A DNA stretch of 64,000 bases from an uncultured Alphaproteobacteria bacterium (GCA_963820145.1 CAWFZD010000024.1:36216-100215); one strand, 5' to 3'; positions 20,742 through 30,336 are shown, counted from the first letter of the stretch. Notes: generated from the letters alone by a model not told the origin. A program made the numbers and translations.

Positions 20742-21281
20742 ATGAAGACCGCTTCCTCTATTCTTGGCGCGCTCCTGGCGCTTCACGCCGGGTCGGCAGT
20801 CGCGCAACAGGCGCCCGCTCCGGTTCCGGCTGTGACGCCCGCTCCGGTCGCCGCCACGCCCGCAAACGATCCGGCCTACACTTACAAAACGCTGCGTCTC
20901 AATCGCGCCGCCTTCGACGCGCTGCTCGCGAGGCCGGAGCAGCTGCTCGTCATCGACGTGCGCCGCCCCGATGAGCTGACCAAGGTCGGCGGCTTTCCGG
21001 TTTATTTGAGCATTCAGACCGCCGACATTCAGAGAAGCCTCTCCTTCATTCCGCGCGATCGATTGATCGTCACTGTCTCAAATCGCGCGCATCGCGCCGG
21101 CGCGGTCGGCGACATTCTCGCCGGTCTGGGCTTCCATGTCGTGGGCGCGATCGGCGTGCTCGACTATCAGGACGAGGGCGGCGCGCTGACGAAGATCGCG
21201 CCGCCTCCGGCCCGCGCGGCGGCCGCGCCTGCGCCAGACCGCCAGTCGCAGACGGCGACGACCGTCAAGCAACAGCAGTAG
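20742..21281 (+). CDS. Periplasmic rhodanese-like protein lacking Cys
   Basis: Signal peptide; LLVIDVRRPDE; IVTVSNRAHRA at the active-site loop position. Confidence 0.75.
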   Translation: MKTASSILGALLALHAGSAVAQQAPAPVPAVTPAPVAATPANDPAYTYKTLRLNRAAFDALLARPEQLLVIDVRRPDELTKVGGFPVYLSIQTADIQRSLSFIPRDRLIVTVSNRAHRAGAVGDILAGLGFHVVGAIGVLDYQDEGGALTKIAPPPARAAAAPAPDRQSQTATTVKQQQ

Positions 21282-21298
21282 AAGCGGCGGGGCTGGTC

Positions 21299-21862
21299 AT
21301 GAAACCCAATAGGCTCGTCGCATCGCTGATGTTTGGCGCATTGATCGCCTGCGCGAGTTCCTGCGCGCAGGCGGCGCTGAAGGTCGGCGACATTGCGCCG
21401 GATTTCACCTTGCCGGCGGCGGTCGGCGGCAAGGATTTCACCTTTTCGCTCTCCGACGCGCAAAGACAGGGGCCGGTCGTCATTTACTTCTACCCCAAAT
21501 CCTTCACGCGCGGCTGCACGATCGAAGCGCATGAGTTCGCCGACCACGCCGCCGAGTTTCAAGCGGCGGGCGCCAGTCTCATCGGCATATCGAGCGACCC
21601 GATCGAAACGCAACGCGACTTCTCGACCAAGGAATGTCGCGACAAATTTCCGATCGGAGCCGACCCCAGCCTCACCGCAATCACCGCCTATAACGCAAAG
21701 CGCGAAAAGCCCGGCGCTTCGGGCGAGAAGCTCGCCGAGCGCATTTCTTACGTCGTCGCCGACGGCAGGATCGTGTACGTCTTGACGAGTTCGAATCCGA
21801 TCGAGCACGTCCAATCAACGCTCGATTTCGTCCGCAAAAGGCGCGACGAGCATAAGCAGTGA
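21299..21862 (+). CDS. Exported peroxiredoxin (BCP/PrxQ type)
   Basis: LKVGDIAPDFTL, YFYPKSFTRGCTIEA. Confidence 0.9.
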   Translation: MKPNRLVASLMFGALIACASSCAQAALKVGDIAPDFTLPAAVGGKDFTFSLSDAQRQGPVVIYFYPKSFTRGCTIEAHEFADHAAEFQAAGASLIGISSDPIETQRDFSTKECRDKFPIGADPSLTAITAYNAKREKPGASGEKLAERISYVVADGRIVYVLTSSNPIEHVQSTLDFVRKRRDEHKQ

Positions 21863-21884
21863 CATTCAACGGAGATTGTGAAAG

Positions 21885-22397
21885 ATGCGAATGAAAAGAC
21901 TTCCGCGTCGCGCTGCGGGCGCCGGCGCAGTGATTGCGCTGGCGCTCATCGCCGCCGCGAACGCGCAAAACGCGCCCGCGCCAGCCGGCGGCGGCGCCGG
22001 ACCTTCGCCGGCGAAACTCGCGCTCGAGAACCGCAAGGCGGCCTATACGCTGATCGGCAACAGCTTCCGCTGGTTCGGCGCGGTGGCGAAGGGCAATGTC
22101 GCTTACGATGACGCGGAGGCTTCAAAGCGCGCGCAGCGCATCGCTTTCCTCTCCGCGCTGCCGGGCGAAAATTTTCCCGAGGGGTCGAATTTCCCCGAGC
22201 CGGAGAGCAAGGCGAAGCCGGACGTATGGAGCAATCGCGCCGACTTCGACAAGAAGCTGCATGACTTCCAGGAGCATGCCGCGCGTCTCGCCGAAGTCGT
22301 GGCCAAGGAGAAGGGCGCGACGGAGCCCTTCAAGGCGGCGGTCGTCGCTTTGGGCCAGGACTGCAAGGGCTGCCACGACACCTACAGAGTGAAATGA
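21885..22397 (+). CDS. Cytochrome c' / c556
   Basis: Signal peptide; FPEGS, SKAKPDVW, CKGCHDTYR. Confidence 0.88.
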   Translation: MRMKRLPRRAAGAGAVIALALIAAANAQNAPAPAGGGAGPSPAKLALENRKAAYTLIGNSFRWFGAVAKGNVAYDDAEASKRAQRIAFLSALPGENFPEGSNFPEPESKAKPDVWSNRADFDKKLHDFQEHAARLAEVVAKEKGATEPFKAAVVALGQDCKGCHDTYRVK

Positions 22398-22464
22398 GTC
22401 AGCACAGGGGGACGAGGCAGGCGCGTCGTCGCTCATCTCGCTCCCGCAACAGGAGCCGGAAGCC

Positions 22465-23208
22465 GTGACGACCATCGAAACTGACCGCATCGCGCAATCC
22501 GAAGCGCCCGCCAGGACCGCGCAACGACTCGTGTGGGATTGGCCGGTGCGGTTGTTTCACTGGTCGCTCGTCGTCTCGATCCTCGGCGCCTTCGTGACCA
22601 ACCGGCTCGGCGTCAAATATTTCGCGTATCATGTCTGGTTTGGCTATGCGGTGCTCGTGCTCGTGGTCTTTCGCGCGCTTTGGGGCGTGATGGGGCCGCG
22701 CCACGCGCGCTTCGCCAATTTCGTGCGCGGCCCCAAGGCCGTGCTCGGCTATGTCAGCGCTCTCGGACGCGGGCGGCGCACGCGCTACGCCGGCCACAAT
22801 CCGCTCGGCGCGCTCATGGTCGTGACGCTGCTGGCGCTCCTGGCGCTGCAGGCGGGCTTCGGCCTCTTCGCCGATGACGAAATATTCAACGCGGGACCGC
22901 TCGCGGGCCTCGTATCGAAGAGCGCCAGCCTCAACCTCACGTCGCTGCATCGAAAGATCTTCTATTGGATCGTCGCTTCGGTCGCTTTGCATGTCCTCGC
23001 CGTCGTCTGGCATATGCGCTTCAAAGGCGAGAATCTCGCGCTCGCCATGATCACCGGAAAAAAGCCCGCGCGTCTGGTGAGGCCGGGCGAAGCGATCGCC
23101 TCGTCGCGCAGTCGTTTGGCGATAGCGCTTTTCCTCGCGATCGTAGCGGGCGTCGCCTTTGCGCTGCAATTTGTTCCAGCGGCGGAGTCAGACGGCGCCG
23201 GCTTTTGA
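22465..23208 (+). CDS. Cytochrome b/b6-domain membrane protein (hydrogenase b-type)
   Basis: VWDWPVRLFHW, HVWFGY, GHNPLGA, LH...LHVLAV, AMITGKK. Confidence 0.9.
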   Translation: MTTIETDRIAQSEAPARTAQRLVWDWPVRLFHWSLVVSILGAFVTNRLGVKYFAYHVWFGYAVLVLVVFRALWGVMGPRHARFANFVRGPKAVLGYVSALGRGRRTRYAGHNPLGALMVVTLLALLALQAGFGLFADDEIFNAGPLAGLVSKSASLNLTSLHRKIFYWIVASVALHVLAVVWHMRFKGENLALAMITGKKPARLVRPGEAIASSRSRLAIALFLAIVAGVAFALQFVPAAESDGAGF

Positions 23209-23355
23209 CAATTCATTTTCGTGGATTTCCAGATTCGAACTCCGCCTCCAACCGCGATAACAATTAACCATACTCACTAACTATATATGTTGCATATGGG
23301 CAACAGTCCTAGAAATCCGGACAAAATCGAACTTTTGAAAGCTTGACGTCAATCA

Positions 23356-23382
23356 TAAATCATACTTAGTTAGTAGATATAA
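23356..23382. promoter_or_regulatory. Candidate dyad overlapping the TBDR promoter
   Basis: TAAATCATAC-TTAGTTA-GTAGATATAA, just downstream of TTGACG (23343-23348). Confidence 0.55.
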
Positions 23383-23421
23383 GATTAACAAACGCCGGCC
23401 ATGCGTTATGGGGGTTCAAAG

Positions 23422-25962
23422 ATGAGGCGTTCGACATTTGCGTTTCGCGAAAGGCTCATGCGCAGCACGCAGTTCGCATCCTTCGCCATACTGGGTACGG
23501 GCGCGCTGGCTGCGCCTTTGGCTTTGGCGCAGACCGTGCCGCCGCCGCCGGCCGCGCAACCCGCGCCTACGCCTCAACCCGCAACCGGGCCGGCGAGTGC
23601 GGAAGTAGAGGAGGTCAAGGTCACCTCGCGCCTGCGCGAGGAGAAGGCTCAGGACGTGCCGCTGCCGGTCAGCGTCGTTGGCGGCAAGACCGCCGACCGA
23701 GAGCATATCGAGCGCCTGCAGGACTTTGCGGAAAAGGTGCCGAACTTCGTGCCCTACACCACCAACCCGCGCACCTCGGCCATCGCGATCCGAGGCATCA
23801 CCGGCATCTCGGGCGGCGCCGACGGCTCCGAGTCGGCGACGGGCTTTATCGTCGACAATGTGTTCTTCACTCATGTCGGCTTCCAATGGGCCGATTATGT
23901 CGACCTGCAGTCGCTCGAGGTCGCGCGCGGCCCGCAAGGCACGCTGCTGGGCAAGAACACGACGGTCGGCGCAGTGGTGATCCACACGCAAGCGCCGTCC
24001 TTCACGCCCTCGGCGACGTTGGAGTCCTCCTTCGGCAATTACAATCGCTTCATTGAAAAGCTGAATGTGACGGGACCGATCATTCCCGACAGGGTAGCCG
24101 GCCGATTCACGTTGTTCCTCGATAAGGGCGACGGCTGGATTCATGATGCGGTCACCGGCGCCGGTCTTCTGGACAATAATCGCTGGGGCGCGCGCGGTCA
24201 GCTTCTCTTCACTTTCGACGATTTCACCGACCGCGTGATCTTCGACCGGCTTCGGTCCGACGAGTACAACAACTACGGCGCGCCCGCTTACAACAGCTTC
24301 CCGTTCTACGCCAATGGCGCGCTGGCGACCTCGTTTTCATCCAATCTCGCGAACCGCCTGCACTGGCCGCTGCTCGGCCTTGATCCCTATTCGCCGGAGC
24401 TGAGCGACCTGCGCAATCTCGACCAGCGCACGACCGGCCTCTCGAACGAATTCAACAAGCCGATCGGCGACAACGTCTTCACCTCCGTCGCAGCCTGGCG
24501 CGAGTTCACGCTGCATCCAAACAACACCGGCTCCACGACCACGGGCGGCACGGTCGGTCAGGACACCTTCATCGAATCGACCGGATTCGATACTTACGTC
24601 GATCAATATTCGTTCGAGAACCGGCTCGCCTCGCCCAAGGACGTGCCCTTGGAGTGGACCGTCGGGACCTATTTCCTGCGCGAGGTCGTCAATTCGCACG
24701 ACCGCGAAACCTACGGGCCTCAAGCAGCGCAGTGGTTCTTGAACAGTTTTGCGGCCAATCCAGCGGTGCTGAACGGCTCCACGAGCCATCAGGACGGTAT
24801 CGCCCGCACCTTCAGCGCCGCCGCCTTCGCCCAGACCTCATGGCACATCGACGACAAGTGGACGCTCACCACGGGGTTGCGCAACACTTATGAAATCCGC
24901 GAGGGTTCCGACTTCGGCTGGATCAACGGCAACACCACCGCCGCTGGCATCGGCGCCGCGAACACGGCGCAGGGCTACAGCTTCTTCGATACGGGTGGGC
25001 AGACCACGCGCACCAACTCGATTTCGGGCCTCATCAACCCGTCCTATCGATTTAGCGAGAACGTGCTCGCCTACGGCTCGGTCGCCAGGGGCGAAAAGTC
25101 CGGCGCGATCAACACGAACGCGTTGCCGCTGCTCGATAGCGCCGGCAATTTCAAAGGGTTTCAGCCGGTCATCACCAAGCCCGAAGTCTCATGGGACTAC
25201 GAGCTCGGCGTCAAGACCAACTGGTTCGACAACAAGCTCATCGTCAACGCCAATCTGTTCTGGAACGACATTTACGACTTCCAGGCGATTCTGGTGGACA
25301 CGTCGATCCTCGACGTGACCGGCGTGCCGATACGCAAAACCTATCTCGGCAACATCCCCCAGGTCCGCTCGCGCGGCTTCGAGTTCGACACACGGTGGAG
25401 CCCGCTGGAGCGGCTGTGGATCACCTTCAACGGTCAGGCGACGGATTTCCGTTACGTCAGCTATCCGCAGGCGGCGCCGCCTGCCGACTGGACCTGGCCC
25501 GCTTCCGCCAACATCAAAGGCGTCGCCGCGCCGCTCTACGTCAATCTTTCGGGTCAGCGCGTCACCTCCGGCGTCAACGGCAACGCTCCGTTCTCGCCTT
25601 ATTCCTTCAACCTCGGCGCCAATTACGAATATCCGCTTGGTCCGGTCTTGAGACCCTATGGCCTGCCGCAATCCATCTCGATGTTTGGCTACGGCAACCT
25701 GACCTGGAGATACAAGAGCCAGTTGTCCGAGCCCTATTCCCTCTATTACCTGCAACAGCCGTCCTATTCCCTGATCAACGCCGGCCTCGGCTTCAAGACC
25801 GACGACGAGAAATACAGCTTCAATCTCTGGGTCAAGAATCTCGCCGACTCCCGCTATCTCATCGCAGCGACCATCGGCAGCCCCACCGCGCCCGGAAACA
25901 TCACCTTCGGCGAAAACAATCCGCGCACCTTCGGCGCAACTCTTCGTGTGAAGCTCTACTGA
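23422..25962 (+). CDS. TonB-dependent receptor (alternative start 23401)
   Basis: EEVKVTSRLREEKAQDVP TonB box region; LEVARGPQGTLLGKNTTVGAV; WVKNLAD...PRTFGATLRVKLY. Confidence 0.93.
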   Translation: MRRSTFAFRERLMRSTQFASFAILGTGALAAPLALAQTVPPPPAAQPAPTPQPATGPASAEVEEVKVTSRLREEKAQDVPLPVSVVGGKTADREHIERLQDFAEKVPNFVPYTTNPRTSAIAIRGITGISGGADGSESATGFIVDNVFFTHVGFQWADYVDLQSLEVARGPQGTLLGKNTTVGAVVIHTQAPSFTPSATLESSFGNYNRFIEKLNVTGPIIPDRVAGRFTLFLDKGDGWIHDAVTGAGLLDNNRWGARGQLLFTFDDFTDRVIFDRLRSDEYNNYGAPAYNSFPFYANGALATSFSSNLANRLHWPLLGLDPYSPELSDLRNLDQRTTGLSNEFNKPIGDNVFTSVAAWREFTLHPNNTGSTTTGGTVGQDTFIESTGFDTYVDQYSFENRLASPKDVPLEWTVGTYFLREVVNSHDRETYGPQAAQWFLNSFAANPAVLNGSTSHQDGIARTFSAAAFAQTSWHIDDKWTLTTGLRNTYEIREGSDFGWINGNTTAAGIGAANTAQGYSFFDTGGQTTRTNSISGLINPSYRFSENVLAYGSVARGEKSGAINTNALPLLDSAGNFKGFQPVITKPEVSWDYELGVKTNWFDNKLIVNANLFWNDIYDFQAILVDTSILDVTGVPIRKTYLGNIPQVRSRGFEFDTRWSPLERLWITFNGQATDFRYVSYPQAAPPADWTWPASANIKGVAAPLYVNLSGQRVTSGVNGNAPFSPYSFNLGANYEYPLGPVLRPYGLPQSISMFGYGNLTWRYKSQLSEPYSLYYLQQPSYSLINAGLGFKTDDEKYSFNLWVKNLADSRYLIAATIGSPTAPGNITFGENNPRTFGATLRVKLY

Positions 25963-26093
25963 TCGGACGGAAGTCATTGACTTCCGTTCCCGCGCGGACC
26001 CGAGCTCCTCCCCCTCGGGTCCGCCACCCATCAAACCAGGCGCCAGGCGCGTTGCGCGTGCGTGAGTTTCGACAACAGCTAAGGGGTCCCCGA

Positions 26094-26930
26094 GTGAAAA
26101 AAGTTCTGCTACCCGTCGCAACGGCGCTCCTCGCTCTCGCAGCGACGACGGCCCTCTCCGCCGACCTCCCGTCCCGAAAGGAAGCCCCGGTGGTTCCGCC
26201 TCCGCCGCCGCCGTGGACGGGCTTCTACCTCGGCGTCAACGCCGGCTATTTCTGGACGAGCGAGAACCAGATCACCCAAAGCTATTCCGACACTTTGCCG
26301 GGCGGCTTCTTAACCCACGCCTTGGTCGGGAGTATCCCGGTTCAAGTGTCGGTCCCCAACCACGGCTTCATCGGCGGCGGCCAGGTTGGCTTCAACTATC
26401 AGTTGGAGAACCGCTTCGTCCTTGGCCTTGAAGCGGACATCCAGGGGCTGACCGGGAATGACGGGACCATCAGTGTCATCAGCGGTCCCTCGGCGACCTC
26501 GTTTTCACGCGGATTGCAGCAGATCGGCGCCATTCGCGCCCGCGTCGGCTATGTGCTGACGCCCCAACTTCTGATTTACGGCACGGGCGGCTTCGCTTAT
26601 GGCCAGGCAAATTTGACCGCCAACTATTTCGGCGCGTGGTCTTCTGCGCTGCAGGGCGTCGACAATGAGACTCGAACGCTCGGAGGATTCGCGCTCGGCG
26701 CGGGCGCAGAGTGGCTTGTCCTGCCGAACTGGGGCGTCAAGGCGGAATATCTTTATTACGACCTCGGCTCGCTCAACACGAGTGGAACGCAATTTTCTTA
26801 CAAGTCCGGAGGCGTCGCGGCGATATCCACGGCTCAATCGAGTTCGCGCTTCAACGGCAACATCGTGCGCGTCGGCCTCAATTATCACGTCAATTGGGCC
26901 GGACCGCCTGCGCTCTTCGCCAATCACTGA
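26094..26930 (+). CDS. Outer-membrane beta-barrel protein, Omp25/RopB-like
   Basis: GTG start; ADLPSRKEAP-PPPP-WTGFYLGVNAG...AEYLYYDLG...VRVGLNYH. Confidence 0.9.
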   Translation: MKKVLLPVATALLALAATTALSADLPSRKEAPVVPPPPPPWTGFYLGVNAGYFWTSENQITQSYSDTLPGGFLTHALVGSIPVQVSVPNHGFIGGGQVGFNYQLENRFVLGLEADIQGLTGNDGTISVISGPSATSFSRGLQQIGAIRARVGYVLTPQLLIYGTGGFAYGQANLTANYFGAWSSALQGVDNETRTLGGFALGAGAEWLVLPNWGVKAEYLYYDLGSLNTSGTQFSYKSGGVAAISTAQSSSRFNGNIVRVGLNYHVNWAGPPALFANH

Positions 26931-27013
26931 CTTTTCAGTCGATCGTCGCCTCGGGTTTTTTAAAAACGCGAATAGGCCAGAGACATTTAAAAAAAAACCG
27001 GATGACTTCAGCC

Positions 27014-27040
27014 ATAATCATATTGCGTCTATGGGATTAG
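27014..27040. promoter_or_regulatory. Candidate dyad upstream of tonB-exbBD
   Basis: ATAATCATAT-TGCGTCT-ATGGGATTAG. Confidence 0.5.
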
Positions 27041-27088
27041 TGGTGTTAGTTTGCTTTTGTGACAACCATCGGGAAAGGCGCTTTAGAG

Positions 27089-27898
27089 ATGTCCTTAGCT
27101 GCTGCGCCAAGAGCGGCGTCCGCTTACGCGAAAGCCGAGCGCCTGTATCACGACAAAGCGTCTGGCGCGCAGTCGTTGCTGCATGTCGCGCCGCCCCCGC
27201 CCGACTATCCGGCCCGCACCGGCGCCATCCTTCTCTATTTCCTGCTGCTCGCGCTTTTCGTCACCGTCGGCTTCAAAAACAACGACACGCCGATTGAAGA
27301 GGAGCAGGTCGTCGAACTCGCGCCGATGCCGGTCGAAGAGCAGCCGGTCGAAGACACGCCGCCCCCGCCTGAAGCGATGGCGATTCCGGACATTCCGCCG
27401 CCTCCGGCTTTCGATCCGATCGCCCCGGTCGAAGAGGTGAAGCCGGTGGAGAAGCCCAAGATCGAGAAACCGAAGGTCGAGAAGCCCAAGCTCGAAAAAC
27501 CGAAGGCGCCGACGCGCGCACAAACGCCGAGCGCTCCCGCGCGTCCTTCCAGGCAACCCGCGCATCCGGCCGCAGCCGCAAAACCCGCGCCGCATGTCGC
27601 CGCGCCCGCCGTGCATGCGCCGCCAGCTCCTGCTGGAGCCACGATCTCTGCGGCCGCAAACGCTTACCATGCGTGTTTGCAGCGCGCCGCCGGGAGCATG
27701 GAGCCGCCGGTCGGCGGTCGCGTCACCTACCACGCCACGGTCAGCGCGACGGGAGCGGTCACCTCGTTTTCGATCACTTCTTCCAGCAATCCCTCCCTCG
27801 CATCTCTCGCTCAACGTCTCGGCGGTCGCTGCGGCTCCGTGCCGGCGCCAGGACGTCCGGGTTCGCTCTCGGGCGGAATCAGCTTCTCTGGTCCCTGA
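27089..27898 (+). CDS. tonB: TonB-like energy transducer
   Basis: Single N-terminal TM, Pro-rich linker with EKPK repeats, C-terminal domain (ATGAVTSFSITSSSNPSL); precedes exbB/exbD. Confidence 0.7.
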   Translation: MSLAAAPRAASAYAKAERLYHDKASGAQSLLHVAPPPPDYPARTGAILLYFLLLALFVTVGFKNNDTPIEEEQVVELAPMPVEEQPVEDTPPPPEAMAIPDIPPPPAFDPIAPVEEVKPVEKPKIEKPKVEKPKLEKPKAPTRAQTPSAPARPSRQPAHPAAAAKPAPHVAAPAVHAPPAPAGATISAAANAYHACLQRAAGSMEPPVGGRVTYHATVSATGAVTSFSITSSSNPSLASLAQRLGGRCGSVPAPGRPGSLSGGISFSGP

Positions 27899-27939
27899 TC
27901 ATTTTCCTTCCTCGTTCGCAAAACTGAAAGGCGCTACAC

Positions 27940-28680
27940 ATGGTTGACACGGCTACCACCGCCTCGGCGGCGCTGGCGCATACGCTGACGCCCGTCGAGC
28001 TTTTCCTGCAGGCGGACTCGATCGTCAAAACGGTGATCGTGCTGCTGATCCTCGCCGCGGCCTGGGGCCTTGGCGTCACTGCCGAGAAGTTGATTCGCCT
28101 CGGCGTGCTGCATCGCCGCGCGGCGCGCCTTTTCGACAGCATCCAGGAAGGTCTTCCCGTCTCCCACCTTGCCGAGAGCTTCGCTTCCGCGCCGAAGAAC
28201 GATCCTCTCGTGCGCGTCTACACATCCATGGTCGAGGAATACGAGCGCTCCCTCGACTTGACCCAGAGCGAATCGCAGCGCAATTCCCTCCAGGAGCGCG
28301 TGCATCGCGTCGCCCAGCTCGCCAGCTCCGCCGCGATCGAACATCTGCAGTCGCGCCTGCCTGGCCTCGCCACGATCGGCGCCGTTGCGCCTTTCGTCGG
28401 CCTCTTCGGCACGGTCTGGGGCATCATGAACTCCTTCCAGGGCATCGCCGCCTCCAACAACACCAGCCTCGCCGTCGTCGCGCCCGGCATCGCGGAAGCG
28501 CTGTTCGCGACGGCGCTCGGCCTCGTCGCGGCGATTCCCGCCGTCATTTTCTACAACCGCATCAGCGGCGACATCGGCGCCTACGCCAAGCGCCTGACGT
28601 CCTTCATCGGCGTGTTCGAGGTCGAACTGTCTCGCCAACTGTCCAAGAGAGGAGATCGCAATGGCCTTCGCGCTGCGTAA
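27940..28680 (+). CDS. exbB: MotA/TolQ/ExbB proton channel protein
   Basis: LATIGAVAPFVGLFGTVWGIMNSF...VAPGIAEALFATALGL. Confidence 0.9.
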   Translation: MVDTATTASAALAHTLTPVELFLQADSIVKTVIVLLILAAAWGLGVTAEKLIRLGVLHRRAARLFDSIQEGLPVSHLAESFASAPKNDPLVRVYTSMVEEYERSLDLTQSESQRNSLQERVHRVAQLASSAAIEHLQSRLPGLATIGAVAPFVGLFGTVWGIMNSFQGIAASNNTSLAVVAPGIAEALFATALGLVAAIPAVIFYNRISGDIGAYAKRLTSFIGVFEVELSRQLSKRGDRNGLRAA

Positions 28681-29111
28681 GAGTGATTCCGAATTCGAAC
28701 TCGGGCCCCATCGCCGACATCAACGTCACGCCGCTCGTCGATGTGATGCTCGTGCTGCTCATCGTCTTCATGGTGGCCGCGCCCCTGATGACGGCGGGCG
28801 TGCCCGTCGATCTGCCTAAGACGCAGGCGAAGCAGCTCAACGATCAGCAACCGCCGATCGTGGTCAGCGTCGACGCCGATGGAAGCTTCTTCGTCGACAA
28901 GCGCGAAGCGAGCGGGACCGAGGGACTGCTCGCGGTGCTGCAGGAGAGCAGCGAGAACAACAAGGACCGCCGCGTGCATGTGCGCGCCGACAAGGCGGTC
29001 GCCTACGGCAAGGTGGCTGAGGCCATGGGCGTCATCAACGCCGCCGGCTACGTCAAGGTGGCGCTGGTTTCCGAATCTGCTGGCGGCGGCAGGACGACGG
29101 CCCGCCGCTGA
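28661..29111 (+). CDS. exbD: ExbD/TolR protein; likely true start ATG 28661 with a frameshift in the C-run ~28707
   Basis: INVTPLVDVMLVLLIVFMVAAP, VRADKAVAYG; GAGAGGAG RBS precedes out-of-frame ATG 28661 (MAFALRKSDSEFELGP). Confidence 0.88.
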
Positions 29112-29292
29112 AAACGGACCGGCTTCGAGATTGAGCGGGTCCGAAAGTCCATGAAAATTCAGCCACGGCCGGCTCCCGCTGGCCGTGGCGGGTTTCCGAT
29201 ATGACATATCGCAAATGCAGCTTTAGAATGCCCCGCCACGAACGCCGCACGGACAGACGCAGGCGTCGGAAAAGCGGGGAGTTTCCTCATTC

Positions 29293-29727
29293 ATGTTGTC
29301 GAATAAAGCCAAATACGGCCTTAAAGCCCTGATGCATCTGGCCGGGAGCGAGGACCAGTGCCTCGCCGGCGATATTTCCAGGGACAACAACATTCCAAGA
29401 AAATTCCTCGACGCGATTCTGGTGGAGTTGCGCAACGCTGGCATTCTCAATAGCCGCAAAGGCAAGGGCGGCGGCTACCGTCTGGCGCGGCCGGCGGAAA
29501 AAATCACGGTCGGTCAAATCATCCGCATTCTCGACGGCCCGCTCGCGCCAATTCCCTGCGCGAGCAAGACCGCATATCAGCGCTGCGCCGACTGCCCCGA
29601 CGAAGACGCCTGCGCGATCCATGACATCATGCTCGACGTGCGCGTCTCGATCGCGCTCATCCTCGATCGCACGAGCATCGCCTCATTACGAAATCGTGGA
29701 CATAGAGAGAGCCAATTGCTGAGATGA
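29293..29727 (+). CDS. Rrf2 family transcriptional regulator (paralog of 13552-13999)
   Basis: MLSNKAKYGLKALMHLA, IPRKFLDAIL, GKGGGYRLAR, PCASKTAYQRCADC...C. Confidence 0.93.
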   Translation: MLSNKAKYGLKALMHLAGSEDQCLAGDISRDNNIPRKFLDAILVELRNAGILNSRKGKGGGYRLARPAEKITVGQIIRILDGPLAPIPCASKTAYQRCADCPDEDACAIHDIMLDVRVSIALILDRTSIASLRNRGHRESQLLR

Positions 29728-30080
29728 AGGACACCCCCATTTTGATGGGCCCCGTGTCCCTCATATTGAACCCGAGAGCCGCCATATCATGGACGGCGGT
29801 CGGATTTTCGCGGGACGGCGGCGCGGCGGGGCGAGCAGGATTCTGGAAAAGAGCGTGGCTTTCCCGTCGCGAAATCGACCCCGCGTGCGTTGCGCGGGCA
29901 TAAACCCGACACTTTCGGCGTTGCATTCGCCTTCCCCGGCGCCTATCTATTGCCCATCGATTTTCGGCCTGACGACTTGGACTTGCTTTGAAAACGAAGC
30001 CGCCGACGACCTCTTGCAAACATCGATCGACCCGGCCCCGCGCACGCGGGCCAGCTTCTAAATTATGTTTGGAGAGATGA

Positions 30081-30290
30081 ATGGCTACCGGCGTCGTGAA
30101 ATGGTTCAATGGTCAGAAGGGCTTCGGCTTCATCCAGCCGGATGATGGCGGCACGGACGTTTTCGTCCATATCAGCGCGGTCGAGCGCGCCGGCCTGCGC
30201 GATCTGCGCGAAGGCCAGAAGGTGAGCTACGAGATTGTCCAGGATCGTCGCACCGGCAAGTCCTCCGCCGATCAGCTCAAGGAAATCTGA
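30081..30290 (+). CDS. cspA: Cold-shock protein
   Basis: [23 protein letters not shown]; GGAGAG RBS. Confidence 0.96.
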   Translation: MATGVVKWFNGQKGFGFIQPDDGGTDVFVHISAVERAGLRDLREGQKVSYEIVQDRRTGKSSADQLKEI

Positions 30291-30336
30291 GAAGCGCCGA
30301 TCGCGACGGCTCTCCGTCACGATCGTCCCATAGACG

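Noticed and set aside
29920-29950. RpoH-like promoter (TTG-N18-CCTATCT) upstream of cspA
   Set aside because: Short degenerate match, not distinguishable from a sigma70 promoter or chance
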